In this document: one piece after another, positions 1 through 17,600 of the stretch
Numbering within the stretch: position 1 is the stretch's first letter
Layout of the letters: every line of letters starts with the position of its first letter
NCBI GenBank assembly: GCA_002633005.1
Contig: NMRA01000284.1
Location: 156,156 to 220,155, forward strand
From: Phoronis australis
Taxonomy: Eukaryota > Animalia > Phoronida
Reading direction: 5' to 3'
DNA length: 64,000 bases
Made by a program: the position numbers and the translations under genes
Notes under the pieces: generated by a model
Told to the model about the DNA's origin: nothing
Database searches by the model: none
What the model saw: the letters and a program-made list of their open reading frames with translations, nothing else

Positions 1-123
1 ATTTTAATCGACGCCTTAGTGAATTACTCAGAAACTGGCGATACTCTCTTTGTCAAACCTTATCTTAAGACGATTTCCAAAGCAATCCCGTCATTATTAC
101 ATAGGCGGATTTAGGGGGGGGGG

Positions 124-1082
124 NNNNNNNNNNNNNNNNNNNNNNNNNNNNNNNNNNNNNNNNNNNNNNNNNNNNNNNNNNNNNNNNNNNNNNNNNNNNN
201 NNNNNNNNNNNNNNNNNNNNNNNNNNNNNNNNNNNNNNNNNNNNNNNNNNNNNNNNNNNNNNNNNNNNNNNNNNNNNNNNNNNNNNNNNNNNNNNNNNNN
301 NNNNNNNNNNNNNNNNNNNNNNNNNNNNNNNNNNNNNNNNNNNNNNNNNNNNNNNNNNNNNNNNNNNNNNNNNNNNNNNNNNNNNNNNNNNNNNNNNNNN
401 NNNNNNNNNNNNNNNNNNNNNNNNNNNNNNNNNNNNNNNNNNNNNNNNNNNNNNNNNNNNNNNNNNNNNNNNNNNNNNNNNNNNNNNNNNNNNNNNNNNN
501 NNNNNNNNNNNNNNNNNNNNNNNNNNNNNNNNNNNNNNNNNNNNNNNNNNNNNNNNNNNNNNNNNNNNNNNNNNNNNNNNNNNNNNNNNNNNNNNNNNNN
601 NNNNNNNNNNNNNNNNNNNNNNNNNNNNNNNNNNNNNNNNNNNNNNNNNNNNNNNNNNNNNNNNNNNNNNNNNNNNNNNNNNNNNNNNNNNNNNNNNNNN
701 NNNNNNNNNNNNNNNNNNNNNNNNNNNNNNNNNNNNNNNNNNNNNNNNNNNNNNNNNNNNNNNNNNNNNNNNNNNNNNNNNNNNNNNNNNNNNNNNNNNN
801 NNNNNNNNNNNNNNNNNNNNNNNNNNNNNNNNNNNNNNNNNNNNNNNNNNNNNNNNNNNNNNNNNNNNNNNNNNNNNNNNNNNNNNNNNNNNNNNNNNNN
901 NNNNNNNNNNNNNNNNNNNNNNNNNNNNNNNNNNNNNNNNNNNNNNNNNNNNNNNNNNNNNNNNNNNNNNNNNNNNNNNNNNNNNNNNNNNNNNNNNNNN
1001 NNNNNNNNNNNNNNNNNNNNNNNNNNNNNNNNNNNNNNNNNNNNNNNNNNNNNNNNNNNNNNNNNNNNNNNNNNNNNNNNNN
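124..1082. other. Assembly gap (N-run)
   Basis: Continuous Ns. The ORFs 50..1243 and 111..1118 in the track exist only because they cross the gap. Confidence 0.99.
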
Positions 1083-1595
1083 TTTTAGAGGCAAACCCCC
1101 CTCCCGACCTCCCCCCACTTCGGTGCTATGCGCATCTACAATCGTGGTTCAGTTTGCGCAAATGTTTACAGCCTGACAAAAAGTTGGCCCCCCTTGTGAC
1201 GAGACCCAACTCGCCGAGACTGAAACGCGGCGAGATTGTGTAGCTGCGCTACTCGCTGGTTCCCTGCGCCGCCGCTAAGTGGTCTAGGCACGTAGGGGAC
1301 CAGCGAGGCTGTGCTGTCTCACGAAGGTCAATTCAGTGCTCGGCGCGCAGGGAAGCCTTTAAGTTTTATATTACAACTTCAAAGGCTCGGATTCTAACTT
1401 GAATATTTGCTACGAAAGCTGAATGCAATTTACAATTGTTAAGCTTAAAATATCCATTTACAAAAAGTTACTAAATTACTTCAGTACATTGCGCAACTGT
1501 GCATGTTTCTGCTATAGTTGCATCCGAAGTTTTAGACACGTCGAGTTTTTCGGCAAAAAGATCCGTTTTTACGGTTCATGTGAGAAAACAAATCC

Positions 1596-1717
1596 TCAGG
1601 TTTATGACATGGGCACAACCTCTTGGAAATTTCGTCAAAATAGCTCAACAAGCCTCCGACGATAGGATTTTGCCAAAATTTCCCGGCCAAGAGGTTTTAC
1701 CCATGTCATAAACCTGA
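1596..1717. repeat. Short fold-back MITE-like palindrome
   Basis: CTCAGGTTTATGACATGGG..AACCTCTTGG pairs with CCAAGAGGTT..CCCATGTCATAAACCTGAG. Confidence 0.7.
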
Positions 1718-3292
1718 GAAGAGTGTAGGATTCGCTGCGTATTGCGCAGTTCATTTGATGCTCAGTCAATGACGTTCCTCTCACTTTTTATTCTGTACCG
1801 CCACAACCCAGCCGTTCGCGGGTTTCAGTTCCACATAGAACCCTAGCCTTGTGCCACTGAATTAGCCGTGAGAGTTTGCACTGAGAATTATCGGCAAAAA
1901 CTAGCCAATAAACCAGACATTGAACATTCTTAATAAGCATCGACCTGTAACTCTGGGTGGATGCCGGCAGGTGTCGTAGAACCACTTTCAACCCACATGT
2001 ACGATACTAGGCAACTCGGCTCAAAATAACCAGCTTTTAAAATAACTAATACCACTCACCAAAGTTTAATGGATAAATTCTAGTCATCAGCTAGGTTTGT
2101 CTTATCAAAAAGTCATTACGGTTTACGGCGGTGCTGGAGTGCGAGCATTCGACTCGGATTTTAATCAACCACTTTGTTTTCACATGAAAATTTCAGTTTC
2201 TACGTCACGGCAATAACGTGTCTACAATTTACCAACGACCAGGCACTTGATGAAAAAAGGGGGGGAGGGGTGCAGAATAAGATGGCTATTCTTGATCAAA
2301 TAGGACAAGCAGTCAAGGCACAGGAAGGTGGAAACTTTTTCGCCGAGTCGCACTTTTAAAGACTACAGGGCTTGAAATAGCCAGTGACAAGAGGAAAATT
2401 GTCCAGGTGGTGCAACATTACAAAACTAGGCTTTTGCGGGACCAGAGTCATTTGAGCACGAAAATATTCACTCAAGACATGCAGTTTAAATAAAGACCAA
2501 GGGGGCCCAATAAAAATCTGTCAAAATTTTATTTACTTTGGTAAGGATTGTATTCAGATTCTAACAAAATGTAAACGGCTGCTAAGTATGAACTTACACA
2601 TCGTTTTAGAATAATCCCTGCTATACACCCAGCCAACCTACCCAAACAAATCCCAACTCATGAAATCAAAGATCGGAATGACCAATGGCAAAACATTTTC
2701 CAGGTGATGTATCAGATCACAGACTTGTGGGATAGAAATATTTTTTGTGTTGTAAAGTTTAACTGAAATAAAATGTTTTTGTATGAATAAAGTCAAAATA
2801 ATGATAAAAAACAGACCAAAAGAGGTAACTGGAAATCAAAAAAGAGGAAATCAAAACCCACGATAAAATCCTCTAAATAAGAAACATTCTAAGTTCCGTG
2901 AAATATTAACTTTGACGAATTTGGTTTGCTTCAATGTAATTCTTCCTCTTTCCTCCCCAAAACCTACATCAACCTGTATCAATAACCAATTCATTGTTGT
3001 ACTGGTGAATACTACCTCAGTCTCCAACATGTGCCCCCCAAGACAGTCTTGTACGACTACACATTTTTTGTGTTTACGCTGACAATAGTCTGTTATGAGG
3101 GTCCTGGATTATGAAAACCACTTTGATGACTGTTGGTGTACAAAACCAGTTCTCACATACGAGTATCCCATAAGTGGGTATCATACCTTATTTGAGTAAC
3201 ACCAACTTCTAAACCCACAGAGAAACAAGGCTGTCATTGGAGTCAAGTGTATTTGAAACTTTCATCCATGTACAATTTATACACAATATAGT

Positions 3293-9408
<6,116 letters not shown>

Positions 9409-9432
9409 GATGGCTGCCGGAAGAAAAAGGAA
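9409..9432 (-). promoter_or_regulatory. RPS18 TCT initiator / 5'-TOP tract and short 5' UTR
   Basis: Minus strand reads ttCCTTTTTCTTCCGGCAGCCATC-ATG|gt. A pyrimidine-tract start about 22 nt before the ATG is typical of ribosomal protein mRNAs. It overlaps an ETS-type CCGGAAG (9417-9423). Confidence 0.8.
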
Positions 9433-9472
9433 TCTGTAAGTAAGTGCGCAGAATCAGGAACAACATCCGGTT
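9409..9472. promoter_or_regulatory. Shared bidirectional promoter core, RPS18/VPS52
   Basis: 64 bp between the divergent start codons. Contains CCGGAAG (9417-9423), TGCGCA (9445-9450) and a second CCGG (9467-9470). Confidence 0.7.
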
Positions 9473-12400
9473 ATGGAAGGAGGTGTGATTGTTACGTCGG
9501 AGGTAAACAATTTTCAAAATTTTTCTTATCTTAGCTATTTACTGATCATTGTTTACAGACTTTGATGAAGATAACTTTCCAGTACACACACTGTACCTTA
9601 TTTAATATGCGGCCCATCGTGCAGTTGTTGATGTTACCGAGTCCGTATTGACTTCTATGGCATAGCCAGCCAGCTAGCTGTATGAAGACTGTCGTCAAAA
9701 TACAGCTAGGTCCCACTGCGTGTATTTCTTCCGTAGACAGCGAAATTGCACACAGCCGAGGTAGTTCTGCTCATTAACGCACCATGAAACTTGTATCAAC
9801 ATGTAAAGCTAAAGACCGGATGGTGTGCATGCATAATCTGGGAGTCAACCGACACTCACCTTGCCCGTTACAGCCGTTTTAGTGAAAAACAATGCAATAA
9901 ACTTCATTTTCTTGCGTAACTCTCTGCCTTTTCTAACAATGAAAAGTATTTCGTCGTTTTGAAAACAGTACGCTCGTGTCACACGCACGCGGCTTTTTCC
10001 TAAATTTTTGCGACATCTCTCAGGAGACAATGATAGCTTGGAAGCAGCAAAATTTCTTCTGAAATTCGATTTTTCGGTACCAAAATTCTAAAAACTTTTA
10101 ATGAGGTGAAACCAGTTCTGATAATTGGTTGTGACGTGTACGCAACCTCGTGAAAGAACAACAGTTGATTGAAGAATCGGCGAAAAAAGAAACTGGCCAA
10201 TAAAATTTCATGGCACCGAAAGCGGTCGCTAAAGATCGCTCCACAACTTTAGCAGCAGAATAACGATAGAACACCATTTTTACCAACACCGTTAAATAAT
10301 TTAAATTACTCAAGGAAGACTGTAGTTTTTAATGACGCTAATTTTGTGTCAGATTTTATCTTACCACTTTTTTACCCGCATTTGTGCAAAGCTATATATT
10401 TATATACAGCTTTGTACCAAGGCTAAGAAGTTCTATGCTAACTCGCTCAGCTCATCTCTGTTTCATCTTTTTACATTTCAGGTCCTTCCTCCACAGCTGG
10501 GGGATCTCAACCTGGGTGAGCTTGATCTGACCTCCCAAGATTTTCTTCTGGATGAAGTTGATGGTATGGATTATGCCGTACATTTTGACCTATAATCCAG
10601 TTTGTTTTGAAAGTATAGTACATTTATCCTTTTGCCTTGAAGTAGCTGTTGACTTTCGAAGGGGCAGCTGCTGCATTCTGCAGCGAGATGGAGATTTTTT
10701 AAAACCCAAGCTAATTTTAAAATGTTGAACATCTCCCAAACCCTAAATAATTAGCCTGTAAAAAATGCATTGCCTGTTGTTGAAGCTAGAACTTTTCTAC
10801 TTGGCAAGCTGTTAACAGAAAACTAGGTATTAAGTTAATTGATAGGTATATTGTAATTTAATGCACAGGTTCTCGTGAGGTCTTACCTTTACTCATATGA
10901 AAGCTTGAATGCACGCTGTAGAACAGAGGCTAGAGCGCCAAACGCAGAAGTCCTGCCTGCAGCAGGACCACATGAAGAGAGAGAAGTCCATATGATGCCC
11001 TAGTCATGTGACAATACTAGAACTCATAACATCCGGCCACTAACAAAAACCCACGAATGAACACGTCGAACACATGAGACAACACGAAAGACGAGACCAC
11101 ACAAACCAACATTCACAACAGTATACAATGTTATGTACAGTAAAATCTTACCGATTCACGACACAATATGGCGGACAGGTGGAACTTTAATTTTTGCATT
11201 TTTTCACAAAAGATATCAGTTACATTCTAGATTGATGCTTTGCCGTAGATATCATTCTGTACCACAGCTGCAGGACATATTTTGAAAAACTGAGCATTCG
11301 CGACAGTGTTAGAAGCCCTCAAAAGTTTCGACAATCATTTTTGTCCAAAACTGGTGAGATTTTTCCGAACCAATTATTATTGAACCAAACGGCGTTGATA
11401 CTTTTTTCTTCAGTACACATACAACAGAACCTTGAAGACGACATTGTGAAAGAAGCCCTAGAGTCAGTAAGTTATTTGAATGTCTTCTTCCAATACAACT
11501 TACGCTATCTTCCATTCTTGTAAATGTTGACTGCAGACTTGCTTGTACTACTATATGAGACCCTTTACAGCAGTCATGTTTCTTTTTTTCTGCTGGGTTT
11601 CAGATATGGACATGCGTTATAGGCTGTGTCTTTGTGTGGGTTTGGACTAGAGTTATTAGATTAAAAGAATGATGCGAGAAGGTGGTGTAAGGCTGAGTGT
11701 TGCTGTTAATGAGAAGCGATGGTTTCAAAAAACCTGACAACTTTTCTTCACATTTAGAATTGGCAGAATTTCGAAGCAGAAATGTGCAGCCCATTTTCAA
11801 GTAATTTTGCATCTGGTTTCTTGCTTGATTTTCGCCATAACTCACCAGATGAATTTCATCAAAATTTTTCAATTTTTTAAGACTGCTGTAGGAAATCACC
11901 GTCTTTTTTAGGTTTTGTTGAGGTACACCAGACATGACTGATCCAGTGTCACTGTTTCTTTCTCTAGGGTGTTGACCTTCGACAGTATTCCAAACAGATA
12001 GAGAATGAACTACTTGACGTCGAAAATGCCTCAATACAGGACTGTATCCTTTAGTAACAAGTGTCTACTCACGATATTTTCATGTGTTTCCTAGTAGTTT
12101 TTAACTCACAATGGCATGAGTTGCAGCTGAGGCTCATTTAACTCGCGATTTCCCCATGGAATGATATTTTTGCCAATTCCCCATGGAATGATATTTTTGC
12201 CAATTCCCCCAAGTAATGATATTTTTGCCAATTCCCCCATAGAGTGATATTTTTGCCGATACTCCCATGGAATGATGTCTGCGATGTTCTTATATGACGG
12301 ATTCAATATTGCAATGATTTTAAAGGCAAGTCTGACTGGGACTCTGTTGCATATGATGTACTTTTCATAGTTATGATCAAATTCTTTAATCAACAACTGC

Positions 12401-14629
12401 ACACCAGAACCCTCTAATTACTATGCTCTGTTTGTCCTTATCTGAATATTAAGGAAAAAGATTGACCCTTTTTATAAACTAATGGTAAGTGGCCAACATC
12501 AACAGTTGTTTTATATCATGCCACTTGTTTATTGCACCTAAAACTATATTGTGATACCAGTGGTTACTTAGCCAGTCCTTAACTCTAAGTGAAGACATTA
12601 AGGAGAGTGAGAACATTGCCAGTCTTCACAAACAGATAGCAGCGTGTGACACTATTCTACAGGTGGGTGAATATGTTATGTGAACTGAAGCCAGGGCTGT
12701 TGTGTTATGCATTCAACGTTGACTACTGTATTTCTCGACTTATTTAGCATCACCACAATCTCTGTTACGACTGTCTGCATACTTCCTGAGAAGATAAATA
12801 ATTGTTTGCTCCTTTGTTTTTCACCTTTAAAGCCACATGTTCATCAGATTAGAATAAATCAAAATTTATTTATGACAACAAATCTAGCTTCAGAAGCAAT
12901 TACTGAATTCAGTAATGTAGCCATTGAGCGATAATGCAGTTAAACCTCACAAATTTCAGCCAAAAACTATTGCCAAGAATTACACTTTTGTTCAATTTTT
13001 AAGGGTTCTACGATGGTTGTGAATGTCCACAATTTTTCAAAATTATATTGTTTGATGGTAGCTATGTTACTATTATTTATTATTATTACTATTATTATTA
13101 TTAAAGGCGAAGGCAACCTTTTTCCATGTCATTTTGAGCTAAAATAAGGTTAGTTGGCTATCCTAGACATATTTTTCACTTAATTACAGCTTTTCGTAAT
13201 TTTATTAATTATTCGTCCGCTTTTTCGGAAGTGACGTTTTAGGAGGCAAGCGCTTCCCGCCAATTTCTTTTCACATAGTCTGACTGTGAGAGCTGCCGAG
13301 TCAGTCATTGTTCTACCTCGGTTGTGTTAAGTTCCGTCGTCGTTCGCTTTCATTTACTAGTCAGTCAACATGCCACACTGTTGCTGCGTACCGGGATGTA
13401 GTAATTATCGGCTCACGCGCGCTTTGGGAGTGCCTTTGCATCGCTTTCCGATGGATGACACACTTCGCCGTACTTGGCTCGTTCNTATTCCAAACAGATA
13501 GAGAATGAACTACTTGACGTCGAAAATGCTTCAATACAGGACTGTATCCTTTAGTAACAAGTGTCTACTCACGATAAGACTTCAGATATTGCCATGTGTC
13601 TCCTAGTGGTTTTTGAGTCACGATGACACGAGTTGCAGCTGAGGCTCATTTAACTCGCGATTTCCCCATGGAATGATATTTTGCCAATTCCCCATGGAAT
13701 AAAATTTTTGCCAATTCCCCCATAGAATGATATTTTTGCCAATCCCCCCATAGAATGATATTTTTGCCAATCCCCCCATAGAATGATATTTTTGCCAATT
13801 CCCCAATGGAATGATGTCTGCGATGTTCTTATATGACGGATTCAATATTGATTTTAAAGGCAAGTCCGACTGGGACTCTGTTGCATATGATGTACTTTTC
13901 ATAGTTATGATCAAATTCTTTATCTTTAATCAACAACTGCACACTAGAACCATCTAATTACTGTGCTCTTTTTGTCCTTATCTGAATATTAAGGAAAAAG
14001 ATTGACCCTTTTTATAAACTAATGGTAAGTGGCCAACATCAACAGTTGTTTTATAACATGCCACTTGTTTATTGCACCTAAAACTATATTGTGATACCAG
14101 TGGTTACTTTATAGCCAGTCCTTAACACCAAGTGAAGACATTAAGGAGAGTGAGAACATTGCCAGTCTTCACAAACAGATAGCAGCGTGTGACACTATTC
14201 TACAGGTGGGTGAATATGTTATGTGAACTGAAGCCAGGGCTGTTGTGTTATGCATTCAACGTTGACTACTGTATTTCTCGACTTATTTATCATCACCACA
14301 ATCTCTGTTACGACTGTCTGCATATTTCCTGAGAAGATAAATAATTGTTTGCTCCTTTGTTTTTCACCTTTAAAGCCACATGTTCATGAGATTAGAATAA
14401 ATCAAAATTGATTTATGACAACGAATCTAGCTTCAGAAGCAATCACTGAATTCAATAATGTAGCCATGTGAGCGATAATGCAGTTAAACCTCACTAATTT
14501 CAGCCAAAAACTATTGCCAAGAATTACACTTTTGTTCAATTTTTAAGGGTTCTACGATGGTTGTGAATGTCCACAATTTTTCAAAATTATATTGTTTGAT
14601 GGTAGCTATGTTACTTTTATTTATTATAA

Positions 14630-14666
<37 letters not shown>

Positions 14667-17600
14667 AATATTTGCAATGAGGGTAGCCCCATCAGTTCAC
14701 ACTGCTTTCCATGGGGGCCCTGATTTTGAGCATGGAATATTAATCTCGTGCTACATGACTTTTATGGAAAAATTTGTGGTAGTAGTCAGATATAATGTGT
14801 CTGAATTTTGAGAACCAGTTTTCTCCACTGAGTAGCAGGCATCAAACTGGTTCACAAAATACAGATACATTATATCCGACTATTGCCTAATGCTTTATAT
14901 AATTTAATTTATATGCCGTGCTGTCCCATAGCAAGATTTTATCGTGTTAGAGATGGAACATCAACAAAGCCCGGTAATTAATAATGCAAATATTTTTCAG
15001 GTCATTAACCATGTGTCCTTCAGTTATTATGAGGAGCCAGTGTGGCCTAGTGGGATGAGTGCCCCCTTTCTATACCAAAGGTTGTGGGTTCAAGTCCCAC
15101 TGGGGAACACTGCTAAACCCTTGAGTCAGGTTTCTAGCTGTCCACGGCAGTTTTATGTATCTTTTTATATGTATTAAATCATAAAAATGGTTCCTAGTGA
15201 TCAGTGCAATGGCCCCCACCTGAGCGGCCTGCACACATCTGCTACAACCTGTACCAGAGCACCTGCAATTATTTTTTATATTATTTAAATCAATTATAAT
15301 TTATCTGATGCAGTTTCCAGCATACAATTTACAGCTTTCCATGATTGTGGATTCTGTTTGATTTCAGACTATGGAGGAAATGTTAAACAGTTTCCAGCTA
15401 GATTTGGGCAGTATTAGTAATGAGATTGAAACACTACAGGAACAGTCTGTGGCTATGAATGTCAAGCTTAAAAATAGACAGGTAAGTTGATTAGACAGAC
15501 GCAGAGGCACTGGCAACTAGCGCTATCTATTGGCGTGTTATCGCACAAGACACACACAATGTAACTAAAACTTGTGAACTAAGTTGTTTTTAATTGGTCA
15601 AAAGTGAAACGAAGTCTGACAGTATACAATAGTAATAAAGATTTTGTATGACTGGTGGTGCCTTTGCGTCTTGACGATAGCTTAAGGGTAGGTCCTGGCA
15701 GCTCATGTGTGGCTGGCCCACCCTTGTCATTCACCAGCTGACCCGTCACTGCCTGGCTTCACCCCATTGAACAAAATGTATGTGAACAATACTGGGTGTG
15801 TCATATTAATTTGTTGGCAGACATTAATGAAGTGAGCATGGCTGACAATTAAACAAATAACAGTATATTCGTCCTCCAGAGCAGCACTGACAGCTGACGT
15901 AGATACTTGATCTGTAGAGATCAGGTCATTTCAAGACTATTTTATGGAGTGAAAAGCTCAGTTTATCATGGATACTAGTAACTAAGTCTTATCTATCGGA
16001 AACCAACCGCCTGCTTATCGAGCAGATGTTCGTCTGCTTGAAACTTCCTGGATTCTGGATTAGAGGACTTGTATCTCAGAAATCTCTGCTCTGGGCTGAG
16101 CACGGATTTATTCTCGATATCTGTAAAAAGTTGGTTGTGAATTAATGGCTAGATATTATCTCAAGCTTACTTATGTGTTTCTGTTTTCAGGCGGTCAGAG
16201 GTGAACTGAGCCAATTTGTTGCAGAAATGGTCGTGTCAGAAGCTATGATCAAGTGAGTTGGACAGTGCTACTAATTTTTAAAACCCGTTGGCTCCCACTT
16301 GATTCGCTCATTACAAAATGAAAATTGTGTAATCGTCGCATTCCTGGGATTTTTGCTGATCACAATCATAGTACCTGGAAATGTTTTAAGTGAAAATTAA
16401 TTGTAGCATGCAATTTCATCACATTACTATAACGATTCGTCCGCGTCACTTTTTTAAAGTTTAGAGCAAGTTAGAAATGTCTTTGATGCGTCTATTTAAG
16501 TGAGAAGTGTGACTAACTGTTCAGGTGACTTAGCTTAAAGTAAAAGTACATGACCCACTTTGTGACATGATGAAAAAGTGGATTAGTTGAATAAAGCTTT
16601 TATCTTTTATATGAGGTACTAAATGGACAATAGGTGATGAAAAGATTAGTTTTTGTGTGCAACACAGTGTTCTTTTCGTGTTGCTTGGTTTATACAGAGA
16701 TGTCTTTGTCAACTACTCCCTCTGTTGTCGCTCTAGCCACATCATGTACTCCCTCTGTTGTTGTTCTAGCCACATCATGTACACCCTGTGTTGTTGTTCT
16801 GGCCATGTCATGTAGTCCCTCTGCTGTTGTTCTGGCCACATCATGTACTCCCTCTGTTGTTGTTCTGGCCACATCATGTACTCCCTCTGTTGTTGTTCTG
16901 GCCGCATCATGTACTCCCTCTGTTGTTGTTCTGGCCACATCATGTACTCCCTCTGTTGTTGTTCTGGCCGCATCATGTACTCCCTCTGTTGTTGTTCTGG
17001 CCGCATCATGTATTCCCTCTGTTGTTGTTCTAGCCGCATCATGTATTCCCTCTGTTGTTGTTCTAGCCACATCATGTACACCCCTGTAACAGAACGCCAG
17101 TTCCTGGAACAGATCCATGAACTCAACCACAAGATCAGTTTTGTCAAGGAACAGTCATTCAAAGAAGCGAGATCATGTAGTGATGTAGCAGATATACTGG
17201 AGAAACTCAAGATCAAGGTAAGAGTCATGCTGTTTGGCTAAATGTAAGATCAAGCTGGCATAGCGTGGGCCCCTGTAAGGTCATCCTGGAAAGGCTAAGG
17301 ATCCCCTTAAAAGGTCAAGCAGGCACAGCTGGAGGGACCCGAGTAAATTCATGCTGCTATGGCAAGAGTTCCCTGCAAGGTCACACTTTGATGGCTAGGG
17401 GGTACCCTGTAAGGTTATCAGTACTGGCATGGCTTGGGCCCCTTTAGGTCATGCTGGCACAGCTGGAGGGGCCCCAGTAAATTCATGCTACTATGGCAAG
17501 AGTTCCCTGCAAGGTCACACTTTCATGGCTAGAGAGTACCCTGTAAGGTCATTCTGCCATGGCTGTGCCCCCTTGTAAGGTAAACTATTGTGGGCCAGCC

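Noticed and set aside
50-1243. Long ORFs 50..1243 (+) and 111..1118 (-)
   Set aside because: They are artefacts of translating through the N gap.
9783-9865. Alternative RPS18 first exon (ATG|gtgcgt at 9785-9783; donor aag|gtgagt near 9860)
   Set aside because: It has no TOP-like start and carries an out-of-frame upstream ATG. The 9406-9430 exon fits far better. A minor antisense or upstream exon cannot be excluded.
16634-17241. Five overlapping repetitive ORFs (ATSCTPSVVVL, HDVARTTTEGV, EQQQREYMM etc.) and a superficially CRISPR-like array
   Set aside because: All arise from the 33-bp minisatellite. The units are contiguous with no unique spacers, the context is eukaryotic, and only 17067-17217 is supported as coding.
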